Below, piece after piece: positions 1-11,293 of a DNA stretch of 20,000 nt. A program made the translations under genes and the position numbers. Below the pieces are notes generated by a model. It had not been told where the DNA came from and searched no databases. It saw only the letters and a program-made list of their open reading frames with translations. Where the stretch lies: positions 162,110 to 182,109 of the forward strand of contig JBNGIO010006162.1 in assembly GCA_049999805.1 (NCBI GenBank), read 5' to 3'. The first letter of the stretch is position 1, and each line of letters starts with the position of its first letter. Source of the DNA: Folioceros fuciformis. Its lineage: Eukaryota.

Positions 1-8
1 ATGGCTAG

Positions 9-1575
9 GTTGCCGTGGTGGCACCGAATGTGCCAGCGGCGTATGAGGCTCAGTTTGGGGTTCCCATGGCGGGGGCCGTGCTGAATGCGATAAACATTCG
101 GCTGGATGCACGGACGATCGGGTTTTTTCTGGTGCATGCGGATGTGAGGGTTGTGGTGGTGGATGTGGAGTTCTTTCCTTTGGTGGAGGAGGCGTTAGGG
201 TTTTCCAGGGAGACGGGGAAGTACCGGGCGCCGTTGCTGGTTGTGGTGGAGGATGAGGAGGGCTATAGGGATAACGATGGAAGGCTGAGGCGAGCGTTGG
301 GAGCCGGAGCTGTGGAGTATGAGGAGTTTCTTAGGAGAGGGGACGCAGGGTTTTGGTGGCAAGGGGTGGAAGATGAGTGGGAGAGTATATCGTTGTGCTA
401 TACTTCTGGCACTACGTCCAGTCCCAAGGGAGTAGTGACCAGCCACAGAGGCGGGTACTTGGCGTCCTTGAGCAACATTCTGGACTGGGGGGTGCATCAA
501 CATGCTGTTTACCTCTGGACTCTGCCGCTATTCCACTGCAATGGCTGGTGCTATGCCTGGGTTGTTGCAGCAGTTGTAGGGACGAACGTCTGTCTGCGAC
601 AGGTACGAGGGTGTCTTGGGTTTCGTTCTCTGAGACATGGTTGGACGAGGTGGTTGAATTTTTTGTCTGCCTCAGGTCACAGCCAAGGGAATCTTCTCTG
701 CCATAGCCGAGCACGGGGTGACACATTTTTGTGCAGCGCCAGTGGTGCTCAACACGATCATCAATTCGGCTCCTCATGAGAGGCAGAGGATCAGGCCAGG
801 GGTGGAGGTCATGACTGCAGGTGCAGCACCACCGGCACATGTTCTTGCCAAGATGGAGGAGGAGGGATTCAAGGTTACCCACACCTACGGGCTCAGCGAG
901 ACCTACGGACCCTGCACCGTGTGTGCCTGGAAGTCCGAGTGGGACTCCTTTTCTCTGGAAGACCGAGCTCGGCTCAAAGCCCGGCAGGGTGTGCGGTACA
1001 CCCTACAGGAGGGTCTGGACGTGGTGAATCCAGACACCATGAACCCAGTTCCTGCGGATGGGAATGCTGTGGGCGAGATCGTGATAAGAGGAAACCTTGT
1101 TATGAAGGGGTACTTGAAGAACCCAGCAGCTAACGAGAAATCCTTCAGAGGCGGGTGGTACCATACTGGAGACTTGGCTGTAAAGCATCCAGATGGCTAC
1201 GTTGAGATAAAGGATCGGTCCAAGGATATCATCATCTCTGGAGGAGAGAACATCAGTAGCTTGGAGGTGGAGAGTGCGCTCTACAGACACCCAGCGGTGC
1301 TAGAAGCTTCTGTCGTCGCCAGGCCCGACGATCAATGGGGTGAGTCCCCTTGCGCATTTATCACGCCCAAGGAAGGCTTTCAAGGTGGAGACAAGCTTGC
1401 CAACGACATCATAGCATTCGCACGGACCCAGCTCCCACGATACACGGTCCCGCGAACTGTCGTGTTCGGCCAACTTCCGAAGACTGCTACAGGAAAGATA
1501 CAAAAACACGTTCTCCGAGACAAGGCGAAGGCCCTAGGTCCAGTGCCTAGACAGGTGTTGGACAGCAAACTCTAA
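9..1575 (+). CDS. AAE7: Peroxisomal acyl-activating enzyme (acetate/butyrate-CoA ligase, AAE7/ACN1-like), 5'-partial; exons 9-602 and 676-1575
   Basis: AG acceptor at 7-8 opens VAVVAPNVPAAYEAQFGVPMAGAVLN. A GT-AG intron at 603-675 (73 nt) joins CLRQ to VTAKGIF in frame. AMP-binding motif YTSGTTSSPKG plus YGLSETYGP, HTGDL, KDRSKDIIISGGENISS and LPKTATGKIQK are present. The C-terminus is the PTS1 signal SKL*. The first exon(s) lie upstream of the window. Assignment to AAE7 within the AAE clade is from recalled similarity. Confidence 0.92.
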
Positions 1576-1904
1576 GACTCTGGCTGTTCTTGGGGGCTGT
1601 ATTTATACGGTCTCGCAAGTCCATTGTGGGTGACACGGCCACTTGGATCTGGCGTTAACCGAACTTTCTCTCATGCTATTTATTTTGTGTATATGTACGT
1701 CTAGTCTGGTAAAACTGAAACAGATATTTAGGAATAGGAGGCTGTATTGAGGAGGAAAGAGATAGAAAAACATCAACCCAGCCACGGGCCAGCGACAATG
1801 GAACATGCCAACGATCACACAAATCAAAAACTATCAGCTGTATAGAGAACGGTTGTGAAACCTAAGTTTAAAGAATCTCCAAGGACCTACCATGTCACTA
1901 CTAT

Positions 1905-2135
1905 CAAAGAATCTACATGGCCCTACCTTCTTTTGTTGTCCAAGAACTTTTGTAGTCCAAGAATCTATATGTGTCTACCTATCGTTGTTGGAGTAGAAGA
2001 ATTTGCATTGCATGGGCGCATCTATTGCATGTGTGGTGTCCAAGAATCTACATGGGTCTATCTATCACTAAAGTAGAAGAATTTGTATTGCATGGGAGTA
2101 TCTATTGTAAGTATGGTGTTGAAGAATCTACATGG
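1905..2135. repeat. Degenerate ~80-bp tandem repeat (about 2-3 copies)
   Basis: GTAGAAGAATTTGyATTGCATGGG..rTCTATTG occurs at 1993 and 2073 (period 80). AAGAATCTAyATG recurs at about 1907, 1959, 2042 and 2122. Confidence 0.75.
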
Positions 2136-2579
2136 TCTTTCTTTCTATTACTATTGTCGAAGGGCCTACCTATTATTAATGTTGAAGAAGGTGCAACAAC
2201 TCCAGTGCTTGTTGTCATCTTATGTATTGCCTTGGTATAGCTTCAACACTTGACATAGTGTACATTGCCTTGGTAGAATCCTTCTTAAAAGGATGGAACC
2301 CCTCTAGTACAATAATGTAAGAAAGGGGAAGGCCAAACCTTTTCTTAGGTCTATGATCTACTTTAGCAGAGGCCTTAACAAATATGGAGGAATCCTTCCC
2401 ATGGCTACAAAAGTTTGATTGATAAGAGGGATGAGGTTGTGCTTGTGTTACATAGGAGAGCATTTATGGACAATAGTCAATGCACACCCCTTTACCACCC
2501 AACTTGGAATGTTTGTGACTCCTTAATAAGCCTTGAAAAGCCATTGCTCATGGGCGCATAGGTCTCAAGAGCTTGAAGA

Positions 2580-2625
2580 TGGATGAAAACATGGTCATCT
2601 TCTTGGATGAAAACATGGTCGTCTC
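2580..2625. repeat. 24-bp tandem duplication
   Basis: TGGATGAAAACATGGTC at 2580 and 2604, followed by ATCT and GTCT respectively. Confidence 0.85.
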
Positions 2626-2889
2626 AGGAGAGTACTTATGGATCTTGCTTGTTGTACATACCTCCTAGCCCAATTTAAAGGGTTGCATTATCGCCCAACT
2701 AAGAGGGTTGATGATAATGTGTTTGCAAATGCAATTCTTGGTGGGATCTTGATGATGTCAAGCATGACTATGTGCTGTCTTTTGGATGCATGCAAATATT
2801 GAGTGATACTAATATAGCATTAGAGGTAATTAATAATTATTTAGTAGATTATTAGAAAACATAATATAATATAAAGTCAACTAGATAAA

Positions 2890-2916
2890 CACACAACTAG
2901 ATGTTCTAGTTGTGTG
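2890..2916. repeat. Perfect 12-bp inverted repeat (3-nt loop)
   Basis: CACACAACTAGA-TGT-TCTAGTTGTGTG. Confidence 0.85.
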
Positions 2917-5309
2917 GATGTGGCTGCAACAGGTTTGAGGTAGCAGGCATAAAAGCCTAGCTCAACGGTGTTTGCTGCAGCTATAAGCTTGTATTCTCTT
3001 GCATTTGGGGAATAAGCTTTCTCTTGAGGGAGCATTCTCTTGTTGGAAATCCAGTGTGCGTGTGCGTAGTGTGCAACATCATGTGACCCGATCAAGGATT
3101 TGAGAAGCCAAGTTACAGCTCTGAGAAGTGTGGATGTAAGTGAAAGATATTTTTTGGTGTCTGAAGGAAACAAACGCTTCACTCTTATAGAGCTGCAGCA
3201 CCATCATACAATGTTTAATTTGTGTGTAATGTGGTGTGGTGTGAGTATTGTTGACTAGTGAACCATGCATGAGTGCGATGTTTAGTAGCACAACACAACA
3301 ATGACCATATCATCAACACAAATATAATTTCCCTTAGTGATGGTAACACCTTATTGTGCAACGAACATGAGTTTCAAGCCATTGAGAACATTACATCACA
3401 AACAAAGTCGAAAGTCATCAATGGTAACCCCAGAACTATATATATAGAGAGAGAAAAGCCAAGGGATGGATCAATCCATAACCAAATCTTTTGCAAGTAA
3501 AAAAGTTCTTATGCAATTCAATATGCTTGAATGCATGGCCAAGCTAGAAAGCCAAAGGGTGACCTTTTCTAATAAGATTAAATGTGAGCCCAAGACGACT
3601 TGTGGATGGATGAGTCTAAGAGAAGAGACCTTTGCGCTTGCGTGTTCTACTTTTTTTGAAAAGAGGCTTCAAGATCTTGCATCCCTTCCCCATAGCAAGA
3701 GAAAGAAAAGGGGCATGGCTTCTCGAGCCTCCATAAGTAAGAAGTCCCTAGTAGCTTATCTCATAGACAATTACAAAAGGATATGTCCCCTCCTCAACAC
3801 ATAAGATGAAAGCATTAAGAAAAGGGGCAGGAGATCCTACAGTAAATTTTGAGGAGCATAAACAGTGTATCATCCGATTGTTGAAATTCATCAAACTTGT
3901 GAAGAAGGCTGGAGAAGGAGCAACTGTCGTAGTGAAGTAATTGGTTAATGTGTAAAGTGTGAAGAACGAAGACTAAATGCCATTTAAAGACCTCCACTTT
4001 ATATGAGGTCCTTTATGTGAGCCTAGTCTTCTTCCAATGCTGCACTCACAAACCTTTTCATAACATTAGGAGGTCTAATTAGAACTCTCTAGACCCATAA
4101 TCCTTGTCAGGAAGTGATGTCATCCCTCCTCGCCTCCCCCCATAAATATTGAAGAGAGGGCATGAGAGGGACCAAACTTTGCACTTAACAAACTTGATCA
4201 AAGATTGAAGGCTGCCTTCACCTTATCCCCCTGCTTGAGAATATGAGTATCATTGGCTACAAATGGCAAAAGACACTCCTAAAGTGAAATATAGAGGTAG
4301 TGTAGTAGAAAGTTAGATTTACTTTATTACCTATTAACTAGGGTTATTTCTCCTTGTCACAAGTACATAATTTCCCTAAACCAAGATATCATGGTCCAAA
4401 AGGACGAAGAGTTTGCCGCCTATAAGTTGCAATTACATCCAATTGATGTTACACTAAACACAAGCAGCCCCTCCCTACAAGCTTAGAACAATTGCTCGGT
4501 ATGAATCTCACTTAGACTCAAATTGCAATCCGGTCCAAAAATTCACATAATGGTTCACAAAATACAAGTGACTCCTTCATATGACAAAAATAATTGCTTA
4601 AATTGAACCTCATGTTGTGAAATGCCAACATGTGTACAAATGAATGGTCAATGTTATCACTTACCTACCCTTATGTCCAAAAGATGGAGATGGAACGTAG
4701 CGTCTTGGGTAACAGTTGAAGGTGGGTGATGTTGTATCTCCGGTAAGCTATAATAAGGCTCTATAGTATTATGGACTATGACATTCTATGTGCAATAGGA
4801 AGCCCTAATTAATGGGGAGTCTTAGAGGAGGTAGGTTTTCTATTTCCTTTCCAAAATAAAGACTAAATTACAATCTACAAAGAGACAATTCTGAGCATTA
4901 TACAAACCTGCACAGGCGCACATAAGGGAGTGTGATCAATCAGAAAACAACATGGTGGAGCATCCATGCCTTTGTGGGAAGAGCTGCTGACCGCATGCAG
5001 AAGACTTTTGCCAAAGGAAATCACCAGGCAGACAGTTCTTTCATTGCCAGCCGGATTCACTTGTTCAAGTCTGTAATTGGTTCACACGATACACCAACCG
5101 TTTAGACAAACTGTGGGTTGCTGAATTTAGTGGCTGTGGCAGACAGAGATAAGCTGAAACATGACACCCGCCCTTCTTGAGGACTATTGAGGTGGTGTTA
5201 AAATTATGTTTGCCTGATCTACCGATGCAAGGAAATGTTCCTTCAGTCACATCGGAAATGGGGAGGAGCTTGTGGAAGGCTTTACAATCGAGTGCTGTCT
5301 ATGACGTGC

Positions 5310-7128
5310 CTATGTTCGGGGCCTCTCCATGTGCACAGACCTTGATGACTGCGAGAAAATCATCCTGACGTGCTTGAACACATTCACGCCCAACAAAATT
5401 CTACATCCTACAGCCCTGATGGCCGGTACTTCGCCGACAGCGAACTGGGCGGCTTTGATTGTGAAGTCGGCCCCATGAGCAGCTCCTGTGCCTTTCTTTG
5501 CAGTGATTATGTCCACATCTATTAAGGCCCCGGAGAAGGGCATTGTTCCCACTTGTCCGATGCCTCCACCGCCGAGAGTGGGTCGCGTGCTAGTCTGATC
5601 CAATTGTTGACACGTTTTCAGTTAAGACAGTGCTATGCTTCAGGACAACAACAGCAGCAGCATGCAGATGTCAGTTACTTACGAGAATATGTTCTGGTAC
5701 ACCAGCTAGTCTGGCGATGTCAGGACTTGCGACGCACAGGGAGGAACCAAGGTCCAGTAGGGCCATTTCAGGGGGTGCGGTGCCAAGTCTAACCTGCTTG
5801 CAGGCGAGGAGTGGCTTGTTAGAAACGGAACTCAGCTGGAAGATTCGAGCACGAGTAGCAAGATGTCGCCCATGGATTGCGTACCTCGACCGACAGTATT
5901 CCCAACACCACAACTGAAGAGGATAGCTTCTCGAGACCTTGCAAGTCACACTCTCCCCTGCTCACAGCCCCAGCCGAGTGAAAGATGATCTGGTTCCTAG
6001 GGTTGTCAAACTCCACATCAAATTGTGACAGCATGTTGAGCCCCATGATGCCTGCTGCAGCAGGATCCCAGCCTTGCAACATACTTGCGTCCATCAGGAG
6101 TGCCTGACATGCCCAGACACCATCCAGTGAAACGCCACCACAGCATCATACCCACAACCCTTGCCAGGCAAAGCAACGGGTGCATGTGGCAACTCACATC
6201 CACGGAGCTCAGCACATGGTCTCCGAGTTCCACTCTCCCAAGTGCCACACTGAGAAAGCTCTGAGTTGTGGCCCCTCCTCCGAACAGCCCGACAGTCCTC
6301 TTGGCCGGAGTCGGTGATAACCCCAACTGACCATACACAATGGATGGCACTATCAGGGAGATGGTGCTGGCTGTGTCCAGAACGAAGTTGAACGGCCCTT
6401 GACCGTTGATCTTGAGCGGCACAAGGATGTAGTCCTTGGGTGAAGCCTGCGTGCTCTTCAGCCGTGTCATGGGCAACCGAGCCAACGGCCTCACCCCATT
6501 CTCATCGCTCCCCCCTCTCCTGACCTTGCCTAGACGAGCAGTAGCCAGCCGCACCACCAGCTCCTGTTTCTCAAAACAATCTGCAAATGAGACGCCTGCA
6601 AGACACATCCAGATCTGAATACCGGTAGCCGCACAAAATGCACCAACTGTGCACAAACACAACGCATGCCATTGTCCTCACCCAGCATCATCAGCTCCTT
6701 CTTGATAGCACTAGCCCGCATTTTCTCCACCTCCTCGATTGCATTCTGCAAATTGCATGGTTCCCCCCCACCCAAGGCCGAGAGGTGAAGTGCCACCAGG
6801 CTTCTGCACTCTAGGAGACTCCATCACACATTGCATCACACCCAGCCTCACCACCCAGAACCCATGACCCACAATCCACAACCCGGAGAGCTGGAGACTT
6901 GCGTGCCTTGAGGCTCGGGGAATCCCTGTCTTGGCTGCTTGATCTGAGCTGCAGCGTTGGCGGAGAGTGAACCTTCCAACCCCACGGCCCATCACCCAAA
7001 GGACCCAAGAAGCCGTTCCGTCTCTGCAGCCCGTAGAGCTGCTGCCCCCCAAGGGTGGCGACGCAACCCCCTGCTCGCATGTTGGCGAGGCAAAGAGGGC
7101 ACGACAGATTCCTCTGGAACGCAAACAT
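5310..7128 (-). CDS. Uncharacterised two-domain retropepsin-like (Asp_protease_2/gag-asp type) aspartyl protease with N-terminal SAP/ARMET-C-like helical module and possible transit peptide; 5' end uncertain
   Basis: Minus-strand exons ~6810(or 6746)-6682, 6595-6198, 6103-5885, 5793-5683 and 5594-5310 join in frame via GT-AG introns. They encode EVEKMRASAIKKELMMLGVSFADCFEKQELVVRL, then YILVPLKINGQGPFNFVLDTASTISLI...GIMGLNMLSQFDVEFD (lobe 1) and VEVRLG..EMALLDLGSS...ILLGVNVF (lobe 2). First exon and ATG (7128 or 7080) and its splice sites are not resolved. Confidence 0.8.
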
Positions 7129-7484
7129 TCCTCTCTCCTGCGCCCCCGATTTACAAGTCTTATCCGCCCGACCGGTTGGCAAAGTTCGGATAGCGCCTAC
7201 ACGGACAGAAACATTTCAGCCGCGGCCATCGCGTTGCCCTGCTGGAACTGCTGCTGCTTCTCGTGCCTGCTGTTGATCAGACGGGCCACGATCCTGGAGC
7301 CAGGGCAGCGGCCGCCGGAGCGCGAACGCGAGCCTGAGCGTGAGCCCAGCTGCAGGGTGGCTGGCTTTTCGTAGGGATGGCGGGAATGCTTCCTCGCGGT
7401 TCACGTTAATGGTGATTGCGGCTCGCGGGATGGCGGCCGGCTGGTAGCTGGCTGGAGCGTGCAAGCGAGCGAGGTGGGGGAGCT
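7129..7484. promoter_or_regulatory. Short divergent intergenic region (putative bidirectional promoter plus 5' UTRs) between the protease gene and TIC40
   Basis: Only ~360-400 bp separate the two divergent start codons. The region is CpG/GC-rich and has an imperfect GAGCNN hexamer run at about 7318-7347. Confidence 0.5.
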
Positions 7485-10400
7485 ATGGCGGGCGTCGTTC
7501 CGTCTTTGTTGGTGCAGGGGGTGGCCTGCGGCGGGATGCAGCAGGGGCAGCAGGTGCTGCTAGGGCGGCCCGGCCCGAGCTCAGCGTTCTCAGGCCTGCA
7601 GCTCAGGCGGGGGAGGGCGGTGCTGGAATTTCCAGACCTCGGGTGCAGGGACGGGTGGAGGGTTTATGCGGCCCGTGGAAGGGAGCCAGGAATTCCAAGG
7701 CGGAATCGTAGGAGTGCGCGGAGTGGGCAGGACGGAGGTGAGCGGTTTGCAGAGCAGTATTGCATGGAGGTGTCCTTTGCTGTTGCTGAATCTTCTTCCG
7801 GGGGCCGGGTGGGTATGCATTCTAGAATGTGCAAACGATTGTGTGCTTGGCTACTTTTTCATTTCAGCCTGCTCTACAGGAAAATGCAGGCAGTTCGACA
7901 GTTGGAATGGTTAGAGTAGGAGTTGGCTCACTGGTTTTGGACGTTTGGTTTTTTCCAAGCAGGCGCGGAGGGGAGCGATGTCATACTGGTGGTTGATAAG
8001 AGCTCTGGGCAAACATCGACTTCGGGGAAAGTGACGGAGAGCGTTGCCACACCTGCGGTTGAGCCCAGGTTTGCTGACCAAGGAGGATACATGTAAGCTA
8101 CTTTCTCAAAAGATTAGTATGTCTTTCTGGTATAGTATGTTGGTTTTAGTTTTGCGAGTTCAACTTTGTTCTGATGTCGTTGTTGCAGAGGGTCTCCACT
8201 GTTGTGGATTGGAGTCGGAGTCGGGCTCTCGGCGTTCTTCAGCTGGGTATGTATTGAATGGATTCAATGACACAGTCTTTATGATTTTAGACATTGTTAG
8301 AACAGATTCTTGGTATGGCTATTTCCTCTGTGCTTGTTGGACTTACACTTGTGCTGACCAGATATCCCTGTTCGTGGGCTGTGCAGGCAGCCGGCAGATT
8401 CAAGGCAAGCAATGTTCGATAGGTTGTATGTTTGGGTTGTGCTTGTCTTATGGATGGGAGCCGTTCTTGGAACCTGCTGACTTTCGCACATGCGTGTTAT
8501 CTCTTCTGGGTACGGTTTTCCCTCTCGCTTGGTTTCCATCCTCTGATCCACTGTTACTGGTCCTGCGTCAACAGAAGTATGCGATGCAACAAGTTCTGAA
8601 GAGTATGGCTGTGCCAAAGGGCATGGGAGGCATGCCTGTGATGGGCAGCAAATCTGCCACGGGGCCATCACCTTTCTCTTTCCCTCCCATTCCGACTCCT
8701 CCACCAGTTGTATCAGCCTCGAGCCAAACGATTAATGCCCAGGCGTTCATTAAGCCTCTAGAGCCAGTACAACCAGAGACAACTGCGGGAGCAGGAAGTA
8801 TGTCGACAAGAGTTTCTTCTAAACCTTCTGGTATGCTTGTCGTTAGGTAGCAAGTGTGCTGTAACAGATACGAGACCCGCATTCCTCTTGCAATCACGGT
8901 TGCATGTTGGAAGTTTGTACACCTGAAGTGACACTGGTCTTGCCTTGCAGCATTTACCGATGTACCAGCTTCAACAATTGAGGAGGAGAAAGTGAAAGCA
9001 GCAGCGGCGCCAGCATCAGCAGCAGCAGCGGGACCAGCCTCAGCACCGTCAACATCATCCAAGACTGTGGAAGAGGAGCAACAACCAAGGACGTCATTTT
9101 TCCAAGATACGGAGGTAAGGCGCTGACTAGAGGGACTTATCCTGTATTTGATCTTCTGCTTGTGGTAACTGTCGGCCCTGGTATCAACCGTTGTGATTCG
9201 TACTCCATCAGGTTGTCGATAATGGGGCTGGGTGGGAGAACAATACAGGGAGGTCATCGGCCACATCCGATGGTTAGAACTCTTGCACTTACGTCTCATT
9301 TGCATGGAGAGCTTGGAATACTCAGTGATGCTGTTCTGCTCATTCGTACGGAGGCTCATGTACGCCATTACCTGTTCATCGTGCAGCAAAGCCCGGATCA
9401 GTGTTCACGGTGCAGGCTTTGGAGCGCATGATGGAGGATCCCATGGTTCAAAAGATGGTTTATCCGTAAGTTCTCTGCAGCCTAACTGGCTTTGTTCTGG
9501 AGCCATGGGATTCGTATGTCGGCAGGAGTGGACTGGTACTGTTGTAAGGAGCAAGGAGCATTCTGTGATGCATGCAGTAAGCGAACCCGGAATGTGCCAA
9601 ATGTTCTGAATGGTTTTGCGGTGCCCACAGGTACTTGCCCGAGGAGATGAGGAATCCCAGTACCTTCAAGTGTAAGTTTTGTCTGGGGAGGTGACAAGGG
9701 TTGAGCCTAACACGCATTCTGTCTCCTTAATGTTGATGCACACCTCATAACATTTGTTCTTTGCAGGGATGCTGCAGAACCCTCAGTACCGCCAACAATT
9801 GCAGGACATGCTGTAAGTTGAAGTTCACGACATTGAGCCTGTAGCCGGAGTCACGGGTCGTGAGAAGTGGGAACTGTTGATACTAACCTGCGAAGATAAT
9901 CGCAGGAATAATTTGGGTGGTGATGGGACTTGGGACAATCGTATGTCGGACATGCTCAAGAACTTCGATCTTAACAGCACAGAGGTTAAGCAGCAATTCG
10001 GTGAGTGCAAGTCACAGCTTGATTGTCTTGCGAACGATTCATGTGCAGATGATGAAAGCAACTTACTGCCCACTCCACCTTTCCTTGATGCAGAACAAAT
10101 AGGCCTCACTCCAGAGGAGGTGGTAGCGAAAATCATGGCTAATCCAGATGTTGCGCTCGCCTTCCAAAATCCTCGGGTTCAGGCTGCCATCATGGATGTA
10201 AGTGGGTTGGGTCCTCCGAAATATCTGGTATCTGCACGTCCTGTGCCTGTACTGGGTTCATGTTGTAGGTTGTATCTAATTCTCCATTCACATCCTGTCC
10301 AGTGTTCGCAAAACCCACTGAACATCACCAAGTATCAGAACGACAAAGAGGTATTTGATCCGACAGCCCAGCATGTCCTTACTTTGTTGGAACTATGCAG

Positions 10401-10506
10401 AGTCACGGGAGAGATGACAAAACCAATTGCACTGCAGGTGATGGATGTCTTCAACAAGATATCCGAGCTTTTTCCAGGCATGACTGGTGCCCCCTATGAA
10501 GTTTGA
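7485..10506 (+). CDS. TIC40: Chloroplast inner-envelope translocon co-chaperone TIC40 (~473 aa, 14 exons)
   Basis: Exons 7485-7737, 7963-8092, 8189-8246, 8387-8404, 8575-8830, 8951-9114, 9212-9272, 9387-9465, 9631-9671, 9767-9812, 9906-10000, 10094-10197, 10303-10350, 10438-10506 sum to 1422 nt, in frame. Transit-peptide-like N-terminus, TM segment IGSPLLWIGVGVGLSAFFSW..KKYAMQ, and a Ser/Pro-rich linker. C-terminal motifs ALERMMEDPMVQKMVYPYLPEEMRNPSTFKWMLQNPQYRQQLQDML and STI1/Hop-like KIMANPDVALAFQNPRVQAAIMDCSQNPLNITKYQNDKEVMDVFNKISELFPG. Confidence 0.96.
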
Positions 10507-11293
10507 GTGCCTTCCCATTTTATTTCTCGAGAACATGGGATCGGCAACTAGACATCGTCGCTCGTTTCGGGGAACTCGGCCACTAGGCCTGTGGTCAGGG
10601 ACGGCCCCATCCTAAGTATGAGTCGGCCAGCATTTCGTTGCTACTGCATTGTTGCAGCCAGTTTGTAGGTAGACGTTTTAAGCCGTTCCTTGAACTGGAA
10701 GCGCAATGGACAATTTTCTTGGAGTCGAGGGTGAATTTTGAGGGACCCACGTGGGTTGCGCCGCTGCACACATCGAGCAGCGAGATGAGATTGTCCAATG
10801 CCCTTAATGTGGGTTTCGGTCAAGCCATATGAAAACTGCAATCACTTGCTGCATTCATGCGACTTGGTCCTAGTGCAGCAGTGAGAAGTTCCACGATAAA
10901 CATAACCCTTTCCCCCCTTCGACTTTGTGCACTTGACCGCGAACCACACACATTGAGAAAAAAAAAATCCTTATTACCTCATCGTCAACAACGAATAATC
11001 ATAACACCAAGGGCTTCAGGAAGAGCCGGCCTCAAAATGTTTCGATCTACACATCTGTGCTGCAACCAGGGAAAATTGCACTGTTCCGCACATACCTCTG
11101 GCCTTGATAAGCGGGTGCATCTTATCCACCAATTCAGCAGCTGATGGAACCAGCCAAACCTTCACCTGATGCGGAGAGAAGGGCTGCTTCAGCAGGACAT
11201 GCAACCTCCACCTCGGCTACATCCTCTCTACGTAAGCAACCCTGCATGCTTTTCAGGATAGCCTGCCCATGAACTATGCATACCCCATGCCAA

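Noticed and set aside
603..779. Overlap of ORFs 15-779 and 718-1575 looking like a frameshift or two genes
   Set aside because: Fully explained by a 73-nt GT-AG intron (603-675).
3218..3323. Loose fold-back (ATTTGTGT...ACACAAAT) as a miRNA precursor or MITE
   Set aside because: Pairing is patchy and driven by low-complexity TG/CA composition.
5310..6660. Protease as part of an LTR retrotransposon pol
   Set aside because: It has spliceosomal introns and two tandem lobes, with no adjacent gag, RT, integrase or LTRs.
8044..8850. 268-aa ORF inside TIC40
   Set aside because: Only its 3' part is real (exon 8575-8830). The rest is intron and out-of-frame exon read-through.
8568..9389. 273-aa antisense ORF across TIC40
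   Set aside because: No recognisable domain. It largely mirrors the Ala/Ser/Pro-rich TIC40 exons and starts at a non-ATG codon; most likely a shadow ORF.
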